NCBI GenBank assembly: GCA_018653365.1
Contig: JABIAG010000001.1
Coordinates: forward strand, 128,001-192,000
Length of the DNA stretch: 64,000 nt
Reading direction: 5' to 3'
From: Candidatus Woesearchaeota archaeon
GTDB lineage: Archaea > Nanobdellota > Nanobdellia > Woesearchaeales > JABIAG01
Part shown: one piece after another, positions 39,500 through 49,877 of the stretch
How the letters are laid out: each line of letters begins with the position of its first letter
Numbering within the stretch: position 1 is the stretch's first letter
The notes under the pieces: generated by a model
What the model was told of the DNA's origin: nothing
The model's database searches: none
The model's input: only the letters and a program-made list of their open reading frames with translations
Translations under genes and position numbers: made by a program

Positions 39500-41896
39500 C
39501 TATTTCTTTTCTGCTTCAGCAATTTTTAATCTTGTTTTAAGAACAGTATCAGGGTTAAGAGAAATACTATCAATGTTTTGTTTTACAAGAAATTGAGCAA
39601 ACTCTGGAAAATCACTTGGGGCTTGACCACAAATCCCTATCTTTCTTTTATTCTTTTTGGCATGAGTTATAGCAATGGAAACCATGTCTTTTACTGCTTG
39701 ATTCTGCTCATCATAAACATCACTTAAGATTTCAGAATCTCTATCCACGCCCAAGGTAAGTTGAGTAAGATCATTACTACCTATACTAAACCCATCAAAA
39801 ATCTTAGCAAAATCATCTGCAAGAATAACATTAGAAGGAACTTCACACATAACATAAAGTTCTAACTTGTTTTTACCTTTCTTTAGACCATTTTGAGCCA
39901 TGATTTTAATTACTTTCTTTCCTTCATTTATTGTTCTACAAAAAGGGACCATTAGTTTAATATTGTTTAATCCAAATTCTTCTCTGGCTTTTTTCATAGC
40001 TTTGCATTCTAAAACAAAAGCTTCTTTATAACCTGGTTTGTAATAACGGGAAGCGCCTCTCCAACCAATCATGGGATTATCTTCTTTAGGTTCAAACTGT
40101 TTTCCACCAATTAATGAAGCATACTCATTTGTTTTGAAGTCAGATAAACGCACAATTACATCTTTTGGATAAAAAGCAGCAGCGATAGTTCCCACCCCTC
40201 TTGCCAATTCATCAATGAAAAACTGTTTTTTATCTTTATAATTGTACGTAAGATCCTTAATTATTTTTCTTGTTTTCGAATCTTTTATTTTGTCAAAATG
40301 AATAAGCGCCATAGGATGAATCTTAATATAAGAATTTATTATGAATTCCTCTCTTGCTAAACCCACACCATCATTTGGTATGAATGAGAAGTTAAACGCT
40401 TCTTCAGGATTGCCAACATTCATCATAATCTTAGTTCTAGTCTTAGGAATAGTTTTTAGATTAGTCTTTTTAATTTTAAATGGTAAATTTCCTTTATACA
40501 CAAAGCCCATCTCACCTTCAGCACAACTGACGGTAACCATTTGTTTATTCTTTATTGCTTCAGTAGCATGATTTGTTCCAACTAAACAAGGAATGCCTAA
40601 TTCTCTACTAATTATGGCAGCATGGCAGGTTCTTCCACCACGGTTAGTTACAATTGCGCTTGCTATTTTCATGATTGGTTCCCAATCAGGATCAGTCATA
40701 TCAGTAACAAGAACTTCGCCTTTTTTGAAACCATGAATTCCTTTAACATTCTTAATAATTCGAGCTTTTCCCTTACCAATTCTTTCACCAACGCTACTTC
40801 CAGTTATGAGAACAGGTCCATGTTTTATTAATTGATATTCTTCTAATGTGTTAATATCTCTTTGTGAAGTAACTGTTTCAGGACGGGCCTGAACAATGAA
40901 TAATTTTCCTGTGTTACCATCTTTAGCCCATTCCATGTCCATTGGGGTGTAACACTTTCTTTTATTAGAATAATGATCTTCAATTATACATGCCCATTTG
41001 GCTAAAAGTAATATTTCTGATTCTGTTAAAACAAATTTCTTTCTTTCAGTTTCATTTACACTTATTATCTTTGTAGGTTTTGAAGAATCATTAGAATAAA
41101 TCATTTTGATCTTCTTTTCTCCAACTTTCTTTTTTATTATGGGTTTAAATTTGTTTAAAGTAGGTTTGAAAACATAATACTCATCTGGGTTAACAGAACC
41201 TTGAACTACTGTTTCTCCAAGTCCGTAGGCTGCAGTTATAAACGCAGCATTTTTGAATCCTGATTCAGTATCAATAGAAAACATAACTCCTGATGAAGCT
41301 AAATCGGATCGCACCATTTTTTGAACTCCTATTGAAAGAGCAACCTTAAAATGATCAAAGCCTTTATCTTCACGGTATGAAATAGCTCTGTTTGTGAATA
41401 ATGAAGCAAAACAATGTTTGCAAGATTCTAATAAATTATTAATTCCTCTTATGTTAAGAAATGTTTCTTGTTGGCCAGCAAAGCTTGCATCAGGAAGATC
41501 TTCTGCAGTTGCACTGCTTCGTACCGCAGTATCGCAATTTTTGCCATATTCTTTTTCTAATCTTTTGTATGCTTTAGCAATTTCAAATTTTAATTCATCT
41601 GGAAAAATTAAACTTCGTATGAGTGTTCTTACTTGATCTCCTTTGCGTTGTAAGTTTCGTAAATTTTTAGTATTAAGTCCTTTTAGAATTGATTTAACTT
41701 TTTTTTCAGCGTCATTTGATCTTAATAAGAATCGGTATGCCTCTGCAGTTATTGCAAAACCATTAGGAACGTTAACATGTTTCTTTTTTAGTTCACGATA
41801 CATCTCACCAAGGGATGCATTTTTCCCCCCTACAATTGGAACCTCTCCAATTGAGAGTTCATTAAACCATAAAACTAATTTACTCTCTTTTTTCAT
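39500..41896 (-). CDS. ppsA: phosphoenolpyruvate synthase
   Basis: VGGKNASLGEM, AVRSSATAED, GGRTCHAAI, FSIGSNDL. Confidence 0.97.
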   Translation of the reverse strand: MKKESKLVLWFNELSIGEVPIVGGKNASLGEMYRELKKKHVNVPNGFAITAEAYRFLLRSNDAEKKVKSILKGLNTKNLRNLQRKGDQVRTLIRSLIFPDELKFEIAKAYKRLEKEYGKNCDTAVRSSATAEDLPDASFAGQQETFLNIRGINNLLESCKHCFASLFTNRAISYREDKGFDHFKVALSIGVQKMVRSDLASSGVMFSIDTESGFKNAAFITAAYGLGETVVQGSVNPDEYYVFKPTLNKFKPIIKKKVGEKKIKMIYSNDSSKPTKIISVNETERKKFVLTESEILLLAKWACIIEDHYSNKRKCYTPMDMEWAKDGNTGKLFIVQARPETVTSQRDINTLEEYQLIKHGPVLITGSSVGERIGKGKARIIKNVKGIHGFKKGEVLVTDMTDPDWEPIMKIASAIVTNRGGRTCHAAIISRELGIPCLVGTNHATEAIKNKQMVTVSCAEGEMGFVYKGNLPFKIKKTNLKTIPKTRTKIMMNVGNPEEAFNFSFIPNDGVGLAREEFIINSYIKIHPMALIHFDKIKDSKTRKIIKDLTYNYKDKKQFFIDELARGVGTIAAAFYPKDVIVRLSDFKTNEYASLIGGKQFEPKEDNPMIGWRGASRYYKPGYKEAFVLECKAMKKAREEFGLNNIKLMVPFCRTINEGKKVIKIMAQNGLKKGKNKLELYVMCEVPSNVILADDFAKIFDGFSIGSNDLTQLTLGVDRDSEILSDVYDEQNQAVKDMVSIAITHAKKNKRKIGICGQAPSDFPEFAQFLVKQNIDSISLNPDTVLKTRLKIAEAEKK

Positions 41897-41990
41897 TTAT
41901 TCAATCACCCTTTTTCCCACACAAGTACTACAATATTGATTTTTTAATAGAGGTAATGGTATATAAATGTTTTGAAAAGTGTATTCAACA

Positions 41991-42836
41991 TTATCTAATC
42001 TTTTTTTTAATAAATTCTGCAAGTTTATCTGCAATGTTGGCGTTTGATTTTTTTTCTGTAGAACTAAATACTGGAGAAAGATTACACTCAATAAAATAAT
42101 GCTTATTTGTGTGATCAATTACGAAATCAATACCACAAAAATCACAATTTAAACTTTTTGAAATTTTAATCGCATCTGTTTTTATTTTTTTAGATATTTG
42201 AATTTTAGATTCGACTTTAACACCAATCCTGGAAAAACCAGTTTGTTTTTTTATGTGTGGTGTGCGAGCAACGGATGCAATAATTTTATTGTTAAGAACA
42301 ACAACTCGTAAATCAGTTTTTATGTTTTCAAAATCTTCAAGTAGGAATTCCGAGGGATCATTTTTTTTTAAGAATTTTGTAATTTCTTGTTTGTTTTTAA
42401 TTAAAAAACTAAATCTGCCTTTACTTCCTAAACGTTTTTTAACAATTACAGGGAATTTTAGTTTGATTAACTTTTTGGATGAAACTTTTTGAAGAATGCG
42501 AGTGTTTGGCATATGAACCTTGTTTTTAAAGAACAAATATTGGAAAAGTTTGTCCTCAAAATAAGGATGCTTCTTGAGTGCATTTTCATCTAAAACTTTA
42601 CACTTCAAACAATTAAGTAAATCATTTTGAAAAACTGAAAAGTTAAGATTTACGTCACGAGGATCCCTTAGAATAGCAAAAGACCATTTTTCATTACACA
42701 CGTGTTCAATCTTTTTGAGAGTGAGCGAGGAGTAATTTAAAAAAGATACATTGAACTTTCGCTTTTTTAGCGCCGCAATTATTAATTTAACTGAACGTCC
42801 TTTTCTTGTTGCAACAATTAATATGTTTTTAGCCAT
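41991..42836 (-). CDS. RimK-like ATP-grasp ligase
   Basis: DKL, FPVIVK...GSKG, DLRVVV, CGIDF, FIECNLSP. Confidence 0.85.
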   Translation of the reverse strand: MAKNILIVATRKGRSVKLIIAALKKRKFNVSFLNYSSLTLKKIEHVCNEKWSFAILRDPRDVNLNFSVFQNDLLNCLKCKVLDENALKKHPYFEDKLFQYLFFKNKVHMPNTRILQKVSSKKLIKLKFPVIVKKRLGSKGRFSFLIKNKQEITKFLKKNDPSEFLLEDFENIKTDLRVVVLNNKIIASVARTPHIKKQTGFSRIGVKVESKIQISKKIKTDAIKISKSLNCDFCGIDFVIDHTNKHYFIECNLSPVFSSTEKKSNANIADKLAEFIKKKIR

Positions 42837-43911
42837 TTTTTTCCATTAATGTAAAACTTTCTGGAAGCAAGTCGGGTTTTTTTAGCTTCAATTCCTTTAC
42901 AAATTTAACATCTTTAAGTCCAATTTTACCAAAATACAAATCATTAATGTTTCCTCCTCGCGAAACAAAGTTTTTAACTTGATAATAACCATCTAAATAA
43001 ATATAATCTTTAGAAAAACCCCCTGGTAAAGAGGTATCAACCAATCCTCGTTTAGCTCTTAAAGTTAGTTGAAATGCCTTGTTCTTATCAAAGAACCTTC
43101 GAAGTTCTCTAAATGTTTTGAAAAAACTATTTTTTTGAGCGGTATTAACAGCAATAACTCTGCCTGCATAATTCTGTAAGAAAACTTTTTTTAAAAGTCC
43201 AAATCGTTCCTCATTATAAACTGCAAGTCCTTCTTCTGTGATTAAATATTTTGCTAAACCCTTTTTAAAAATTTGTAATTCTTGTTTCTTCCCATTCTCA
43301 TATCTAAAAGCATGAGTACCAATTTCATGAACAATTAATCGATTAATAAAATTCTTTGAGAATCTTTCTTTTTGTTTAAGAATGATTAATTTTTTATCTG
43401 ACTCAACAGAACAACTTGTAACCAAATCTTTGTTCTTGATTTTATAATCTAAATTAAACCTTCTCAAGTTTTCCATTAGAATCTTAACTGCATCTTTTTT
43501 AAGGATTTTCTTAGCAGGTTTTAGATTAAGTTTATCATTTAAAATACGATATGCTTTGTTAATTAGTTTTTTACTAGGAAGACCAAACACTTTAACACTT
43601 TTTTCAGTGAAATCAAAGCAGCCCAAGCTGTTAAGAAGATCCACGTGCCTAATTAATTCTCTTTGACGTTCTACAATAATTGTGTCGAGAAAATCTCTTT
43701 CCTCAATTGCAATTGAAGAAAGTTTTTGCCTTAAAGCAAGAAGTTTTGTTGTTGGAAGAGTATATTTTAATGTGGGGTTCTTAGATTTGTTACTCATAAA
43801 TACTTTTTTAGCATAAGACGCGTTAATTGGATTTATTAAAGAAAAGGGGAGTTGACTGGTTGCATCAGCTAAAATTTTATCTGCAGCCCTAATCTCCTTT
43901 CGAATCTTCAT
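42829..43911 (-). CDS. DUF1704 / MATCAP-like metallocarboxypeptidase
   Basis: VHEIGTH, TEEGLA (QEGLA-type), RAKRG, FSKDYIYLDG. Confidence 0.88.
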   Translation of the reverse strand: MKIRKEIRAADKILADATSQLPFSLINPINASYAKKVFMSNKSKNPTLKYTLPTTKLLALRQKLSSIAIEERDFLDTIIVERQRELIRHVDLLNSLGCFDFTEKSVKVFGLPSKKLINKAYRILNDKLNLKPAKKILKKDAVKILMENLRRFNLDYKIKNKDLVTSCSVESDKKLIILKQKERFSKNFINRLIVHEIGTHAFRYENGKKQELQIFKKGLAKYLITEEGLAVYNEERFGLLKKVFLQNYAGRVIAVNTAQKNSFFKTFRELRRFFDKNKAFQLTLRAKRGLVDTSLPGGFSKDYIYLDGYYQVKNFVSRGGNINDLYFGKIGLKDVKFVKELKLKKPDLLPESFTLMEKNG

Positions 43912-43971
43912 ATTTAACTATTTAGTCTAGTATATAAAAACTTTTTTATAAGTCTGAATTGTTTAGGTGAT

Positions 43972-44793
43972 ATGTTTAAGCGATTAAGGTTTGGAAATGC
44001 AGGAGCTCCACTGAGTTCGGTTTCTAGAAAAATTCCGGACGGGATCCAACGACAAAAAGAATTAAAGTTAGATGGACTAGAGATACAGTTTGTAAGACAG
44101 GTCTATCTTCACAAAGAACAATGCCCTGAAATAAAAACATTGGCTAAAAAAGAAGATAAAGTGTTAACCTGTCATGCCTCTTTTTTTGTAAACCTAAGTT
44201 CTAATGATAAAGAAAAACAAACACAATCCCTGCAACGAATTTATGACGCTGCAATAATGGCAGATAAGTGTGGAGCTAAATTTGTAACCTTTCATGCAGG
44301 ATATTATCACGATAACGATCATGAAGAGGTGTATCAAACAATTAAAAATAACCTCTCACAATTAAAAGACAAATTAGAACATGAGGGCTGTAAAATAAAA
44401 TTAAGTCCAGAGACAACAGGCAAGATTTCTCAATTTGGGAGTTTGCATGAGCTAGTGAGATTGGGTAAAGAGATCGGAACACACCTCTGTGTAGACTTTG
44501 CACACTTACATGCGCGTGAAGGAAAGGTTAATAGTTATGAAGAGTTTTGTAATGTTCTGAGTTTGTTGAAAACGGAGTTAAATTGTTTAGATAATATGCA
44601 TATTCATATGGCGGGAATAAATTATGGGCCTAAAGGAGAAAGGAATCATTTGAATCTAAAAGATTCAGACTTTAAATGGAAAGAGTTAATGAAAGCCTTC
44701 AAAGAGTTTGGGGTTAGGGGGATAATTATTAGTGAAAGTCCTAATATTGAGGGAGATGCAATGTTAATGAGGGACTATTATGAATCACTCTAA
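43972..44793 (+). CDS. nfo: endonuclease IV-like AP endonuclease
   Basis: HA.FFVNL, FHAG, PETTGK, DFAH, HIH, GERNH. Confidence 0.9.
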   Translation: MFKRLRFGNAGAPLSSVSRKIPDGIQRQKELKLDGLEIQFVRQVYLHKEQCPEIKTLAKKEDKVLTCHASFFVNLSSNDKEKQTQSLQRIYDAAIMADKCGAKFVTFHAGYYHDNDHEEVYQTIKNNLSQLKDKLEHEGCKIKLSPETTGKISQFGSLHELVRLGKEIGTHLCVDFAHLHAREGKVNSYEEFCNVLSLLKTELNCLDNMHIHMAGINYGPKGERNHLNLKDSDFKWKELMKAFKEFGVRGIIISESPNIEGDAMLMRDYYESL

Positions 44794-45379
44794 GGCTTTA
44801 AGACAATTAAATGAGTTAAGTGAGCATAATTCAGATCCGCGATTAGCTGCAGAAGGCTGGAGTGAAGATTGGCAAATTTTAATTGCAACATTGTTGTCAG
44901 CTAGGACTAGAGATACAGTAACAGTTAAGGTCGCCACAGCATTGTTTGAAAAATATAAAACTCTAAAAGAAATTTCAGAATTAAATTTGGAAGCGTTGGA
45001 ACAGGAAATAAAATCCGTTAATTTTTATCGAAATAAAGCAAGATTTGTGTTGGGATGTGTAAAAGGAATTTTAGAACATTTTAGTGAAGGTTTGCCTTGC
45101 GATGCTTCGGAGTTAGTTAAGTTAACTGGTGTAGGAAGAAAGACGGCAAATGTGTTCATTGCATCAATGGGTGGAGATGCCATAGGTGTGGATACTCATG
45201 TGGGGCGGGTGGCGCGTAAGTTGGGATGGACAACTCACACCGATCCTGATAAGGTTGAGAAAGATCTTTGTGAACTGTTTCCTCAATCTTCCTGGCGAAG
45301 TGTGAACTATATTTTAGTTAAGTTTGGACAAAGTAATAGAGGGAAAAAAGAAGATTTAATTTTAGAAAAGATAAAATAG
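44780..45379 (+). CDS. nth: endonuclease III (HhH-GPD) lacking the Fe-S loop
   Basis: LLSART.D, LTGVGRKTAN, GVDTHV; no C-terminal Cys motif. Confidence 0.88.
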   Translation: MNHSKALRQLNELSEHNSDPRLAAEGWSEDWQILIATLLSARTRDTVTVKVATALFEKYKTLKEISELNLEALEQEIKSVNFYRNKARFVLGCVKGILEHFSEGLPCDASELVKLTGVGRKTANVFIASMGGDAIGVDTHVGRVARKLGWTTHTDPDKVEKDLCELFPQSSWRSVNYILVKFGQSNRGKKEDLILEKIK

Positions 45380-45420
45380 AAAACAATCAACTTTATTAAT
45401 CCTCATCATGATGGAGAGTT

Positions 45421-46227
45421 ATGGCAGGAAGAGTACAAAGTCCATCGTCAATTAATTTATTTAGACAGTGTCCAAGAAAATATTTCTATCAGTACATTCT
45501 TAAGTTAGTTACTGGTTCGAATATACATCTAGTTCGAGGAAAAGCAGTACACTCAGTGTTGGAAAATTTCTTTAAAGTCAATATATCACAAATTCATTCT
45601 GAAAACTTTGATTTTGAATTACGAACTTTATTATTTGACATGTTTAGACAGGAATGGAGAAAATCAAAACCCGAATTAGAAAAAATAGGTATAACAATAC
45701 ATAACCAGATTTATTATTACAATGAAACCAAAAGAATGTTAACAAATTGGTTTGATGGATTTGTAGGTAAGTTACAGGGATTGATGGTTGATCGAGGACT
45801 AGTTGAGGGATTCAAATATTTAACTCCAATAACTGAGCAGTATTATGAATCGTCTTCTCATAAGGTTAGAGGGTACATAGACGCAGTACACGAATGGGCA
45901 GAGGGAGTACACATAGTAGATTATAAAACTTCTTCACGAGATAAGATGAGCGATGATTATATGTTACAATTGGGGATATATGCAATGATGTACAAACAAA
46001 AACACGGAGTTGCACCCAAAAAAGTAGGAATTAATTTTTTAAAATTTGGTGAAAAGTTCATAGATGTTGATGATGTGCTTATTAGAGATGCAGAAGCAGC
46101 ATGTGAACAAATACAATTTGATACTCAAAGCGAAGAAAAAATAGATTATCCCAAAAAACAATCTGGATTGTGTAAATGGTCAACAGGACAGTGTGATTTC
46201 TATGAAACCTGCATTAAGGACAATTAA
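45421..46227 (+). CDS. PD-(D/E)XK RecB/Cas4-like nuclease
   Basis: SPSSI..F.QCP, GYID, VDYKT, QL.IY, C-terminal CKW..CDF..C. Confidence 0.88.
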   Translation: MAGRVQSPSSINLFRQCPRKYFYQYILKLVTGSNIHLVRGKAVHSVLENFFKVNISQIHSENFDFELRTLLFDMFRQEWRKSKPELEKIGITIHNQIYYYNETKRMLTNWFDGFVGKLQGLMVDRGLVEGFKYLTPITEQYYESSSHKVRGYIDAVHEWAEGVHIVDYKTSSRDKMSDDYMLQLGIYAMMYKQKHGVAPKKVGINFLKFGEKFIDVDDVLIRDAEAACEQIQFDTQSEEKIDYPKKQSGLCKWSTGQCDFYETCIKDN

Positions 46228-46262
46228 CTTTTTATTTATTAAAGTTTGATTAAGTTATAATC

Positions 46263-47102
46263 ATGAAATGTTATAATGTTTTAACTGAAAAAAATGAAGA
46301 ATGTAACGAGTTAGTTGTAAGTAAAGAACGGGGTGTCGAATTTCTGGTATCTATTCCACATTCAGGGATATTAATTCCTGAAAATCTTAAAAAAAATATT
46401 GTTCTAGATTCTTTAAGAAAAGAGGGAGACCTATATACTGATGAAATATTTACTTTGAGTAAAGGAATTGTGATCAAATCTAAATTAATGCCTTTAGTGC
46501 TTAATGTGAGTCGACACAAAACTGGGTTGAAAGGGGATGTGCCAAAACACCTCTTAAAAGATCCAATTCACACCTCGCGTTTAGGTGGACAAAAACATCC
46601 TTTAATTGAGTATACTTCTGTAGAAAAAGAAGAATTACTAGTATATTATGATCAATATCATTCCAAAATTAAAGAGAGTGTAATAAAGATAAAAGAAACA
46701 AACGGTTTCGTGGTTGTTTTAGATGGACACTCACTACTTTCAGTCGGGTTAGAAAACACCCCTGATAAAGGAAAAGAAAGAGCAGATTTTATAGTTGGAA
46801 CATTAGATGATACTTCTGCACATCCAAAAATTATTGAAACTTTTTATGAAAGTTTGAAGCGTAATGCTGCGGAATACGATTTAACGGTTGTTAAAAACAA
46901 ACCCTACAAAGGAGGATTTATTACCTCAAATTATGCGAATCCCGCAGAAAAGGTGAACGTGATCCAATTAGAGATAAAACGAAGCATATATCTTAATGAA
47001 AAAACATTTGAAAAATATCCTAAAAAAATAGAAATGTTAAACTTGATTCTTGAAAAAGTAATGAGCGAAACTATTAAAGTTGCTAAACAAGTTTATGATT
47101 AG
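46263..47102 (+). CDS. N-formylglutamate amidohydrolase family
   Basis: SIPHSG, DLYTD, YH, LDGHS, N.PYKGGFIT, IQLEI. Confidence 0.88.
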   Translation: MKCYNVLTEKNEECNELVVSKERGVEFLVSIPHSGILIPENLKKNIVLDSLRKEGDLYTDEIFTLSKGIVIKSKLMPLVLNVSRHKTGLKGDVPKHLLKDPIHTSRLGGQKHPLIEYTSVEKEELLVYYDQYHSKIKESVIKIKETNGFVVVLDGHSLLSVGLENTPDKGKERADFIVGTLDDTSAHPKIIETFYESLKRNAAEYDLTVVKNKPYKGGFITSNYANPAEKVNVIQLEIKRSIYLNEKTFEKYPKKIEMLNLILEKVMSETIKVAKQVYD

Positions 47103-47206
47103 GTTTTTGTTCTTATTTGTTAAATGAGTAAGTAAACGTCGGTCTATTAATGTTAAGGACGTTAGATATGATAATCGTTATAAATAATTCTACATTACTC
47201 TAAGTT

Positions 47207-47944
47207 ATGAATCCATACCATATTAGATTAACCGAAGCAGGCACAATTTCAACGAGAATAAGAGAAGATGTGGGCACTGTTATGATTGTAGGTTCTGTTG
47301 CATATAATCCTCAAGCAGTTACTCCCGCATCAGATCTAGATGAGGTCGCAATAGCGGATTTTACTCAAGTAGATTGGCAAGAATTTGAACGTAACTTGGG
47401 ACAACCAATAAATCCTACTTGTGTAAAATATGCGCGAAGTGGAGCAATAAACAGTTTTAGTGTTGTGTGGGATACCGAACATTTTGAAGTTGGACTTCAT
47501 ATGTGGGATTTGAGTGCATTAAGAAATGTAGTTAATCCAAAAGTGCACAATCATGTTTTTAGACCTGATAATTTTGATAGGGGTTTTTCAAGTACTGCAG
47601 ATGAAGAAACATTGTTTAATTTAAGAGGGGAAAAGAGAAGTTTTTATAAAAATCCACAACAAGTAGAGGGGGGAACAATACTTGACTTTTATCCCTTGGT
47701 TGAAGCGGATGGAGATATTTATGTTGGAATACAATTGAACAATTTATTATTGGATCCTTGTTTCTTATTTTATCATGGAGAAGCTGAAAGTTTATTAAAT
47801 TCTTGGAGTGTATCACTTAGAACAAGATTGATTGCAACTTACGGAACCAGTTCAGAAGAAGTTAATTTAGTTAATTCTTTAGATCCAAGATTGAGAGCTA
47901 AACTAGGTCCTGAATTAGAAAGACGCCTAAAAACATTCTTCTAA
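47207..47944 (+). CDS. Pol-beta superfamily nucleotidyltransferase-like protein
   Basis: VGSVAY.....SDLD motif. Confidence 0.6.
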   Translation: MNPYHIRLTEAGTISTRIREDVGTVMIVGSVAYNPQAVTPASDLDEVAIADFTQVDWQEFERNLGQPINPTCVKYARSGAINSFSVVWDTEHFEVGLHMWDLSALRNVVNPKVHNHVFRPDNFDRGFSSTADEETLFNLRGEKRSFYKNPQQVEGGTILDFYPLVEADGDIYVGIQLNNLLLDPCFLFYHGEAESLLNSWSVSLRTRLIATYGTSSEEVNLVNSLDPRLRAKLGPELERRLKTFF

Positions 47945-47982
47945 TACGAACATTTTTAAACTAATTCTGCTTTTTATATTGC

Positions 47983-49164
47983 ATGGAAATATTGAATGAA
48001 GTATTGGAAAGAGTAAAACCTTCTGCAGCTGAAGCAAAAGCGGTAAAGAACAAGATAGCCAAATTTGTGAAAAGTCTAAAAATAAAAGATGCAACAATTG
48101 AGTTAGGTGGATCAGGAGCAAAAGGAACCTGGTTAAAAGACGTCTTTGATGTAGATCTATTTGTAAGATTTAACAAAAAATGTGTTGGAAAAGACATTTC
48201 AAGCATACTAGAACAATCATTAAAAGAATTTAAACCAGAAAAGTTTCATGGAAGTCGTGATTATTTTCAGGTTAAAAAAGATGGTTTTGTTTATGAATTA
48301 GTTCCAGTAATCAAAATAAATAAGGCAGATGAAGCCCTAAACATAACTGATGTTTCCCCATTACATGCAAAATGGGTAAATAAAAAATCTTCTTCTCAAA
48401 TTAAAGATCAAATCAGAATTGCAAAACAATTCTTTAAGGCAAATGAATTATACGGTGCAGAATCTTATATTAAAGGATTCTCAGGCTATGTTCTAGAAAT
48501 CTTAGTAATCTACTACGATGGTTTTGTGAATTTGTTAAAAGCATGTGTAAAATGGAAAGAAAAAGAGATTATTGATCTTAGTAAATTTCACAAAGATGTA
48601 ATGTTTGAAGTTAACTCATCTAAGTTGGATTCTCCATTAATAGTAATAGACCCTGTTCAAGCAGGTCGAAATGCTTCAGCAGCATTATCTTTAGAAAAGT
48701 TTAGATTATTGAAAAAGTTAGCTCAAAAGTTTTTAGATAAACCTGCAATTAAATATTTTGAAAAAGAAAAAGTGGATGTTGATAAGCTGGGTGGATTGGT
48801 AATTGAACTTAAAGCAGTAAACGGAAAAGAAGATATTGTTGGTTGTAAAATTGAAAAAGCATTTAATTTTTTTGCACGTTCATTAACACATGAAGGCTTT
48901 ACCATTAAAAAAAGCAAATGGTACTGGGATGACACGATAGTGTTTAATTATGACGTTGAAGAAAAATTGAGCCCTGAACGAGAAATAATCGGCCCTCCAC
49001 TAAAAATAAAAGCTGCAGTAAAAGATTTTAAAAAGAAATATAAAAAAACGTTTGAAAAGAAGGGCAAGATATATGCTAAAATAAAACGCAAATATTTAAC
49101 TTCCGAGAGTGTGGTTGAAGCAGTACGAACAGATAAATATCTAAAAGGAAAGGTAAAACTATGA
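47983..49164 (+). CDS. cca: archaeal class I CCA-adding enzyme
   Basis: GGSGAKGTWL, DVDLF, YGAESYIKGFSGY, IDPV..RN. Confidence 0.95.
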   Translation: MEILNEVLERVKPSAAEAKAVKNKIAKFVKSLKIKDATIELGGSGAKGTWLKDVFDVDLFVRFNKKCVGKDISSILEQSLKEFKPEKFHGSRDYFQVKKDGFVYELVPVIKINKADEALNITDVSPLHAKWVNKKSSSQIKDQIRIAKQFFKANELYGAESYIKGFSGYVLEILVIYYDGFVNLLKACVKWKEKEIIDLSKFHKDVMFEVNSSKLDSPLIVIDPVQAGRNASAALSLEKFRLLKKLAQKFLDKPAIKYFEKEKVDVDKLGGLVIELKAVNGKEDIVGCKIEKAFNFFARSLTHEGFTIKKSKWYWDDTIVFNYDVEEKLSPEREIIGPPLKIKAAVKDFKKKYKKTFEKKGKIYAKIKRKYLTSESVVEAVRTDKYLKGKVKL

Positions 49165-49877
49165 AAGCTATTATTTTAGCAGCAGGATATGCTACGCGAT
49201 TATATCCATTAACATTGAATAAAGCAAAACCTTTGTTAGAAATCGGAGGGAAAACAGTAATAGATCATATTCTAGATAAAATAAAACAAACAGACATAAC
49301 AGAAACAATCGTTGTAACAAATGATAAGTTCTATAAAGATTTTGAGACCTGGAATCCTGGAGTAACCGTGTTAAACGATGGAACAAAAAATGAACAAGAT
49401 CGGTTAGAATCTATTGGGGACATAAACTTTGCTTTGAAAAACGTTGATGAAGATTTTATAATAATCGCAGGAGATAATCTGTTTACTTTTGATCTAAACG
49501 AATTATTGGATTTTGCAAAAGACAAACAATATGTAATAACTGGCAGGAATCTACCTAGTTTAGAAGAAGCAAAGAAACACGGAAGCATAGAAGAAATGGA
49601 CGGAACTGGAAGAGTTATCCAGTTTGTAGAAAAACCTGAAAATCCAAAAACTAAATTATCTGCCATCATGATGTATTGTTTTAAAAAAGAGGGCAAACAA
49701 GAAATAATTAATTATCTTGAAACCGAATATAAAAAAGAAAATCCAAAAACCCTTATTGAGTGGCTAACACAAAAAACAGAGGTGTATGCTTGGATAAATG
49801 ATTCAACCTATTTTGATATTGGAGATAAAGAAAAACTAGACGAAGCAGAGAGGTGGGTGAATGAGCATACTTCTTAA
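49161..49877 (+). CDS. sugar-phosphate nucleotidyltransferase
   Basis: ILAAGYATRLYPLT..KPLL, AGDN, FVEKP, FDIG. Confidence 0.92.
   Translation: MKAIILAAGYATRLYPLTLNKAKPLLEIGGKTVIDHILDKIKQTDITETIVVTNDKFYKDFETWNPGVTVLNDGTKNEQDRLESIGDINFALKNVDEDFIIIAGDNLFTFDLNELLDFAKDKQYVITGRNLPSLEEAKKHGSIEEMDGTGRVIQFVEKPENPKTKLSAIMMYCFKKEGKQEIINYLETEYKKENPKTLIEWLTQKTEVYAWINDSTYFDIGDKEKLDEAERWVNEHTS

Noticed and set aside
45421-46227. CRISPR-Cas system suggested by the Cas4-like nuclease
   Set aside because: No repeat-spacer array and no cas1/cas2 in the window
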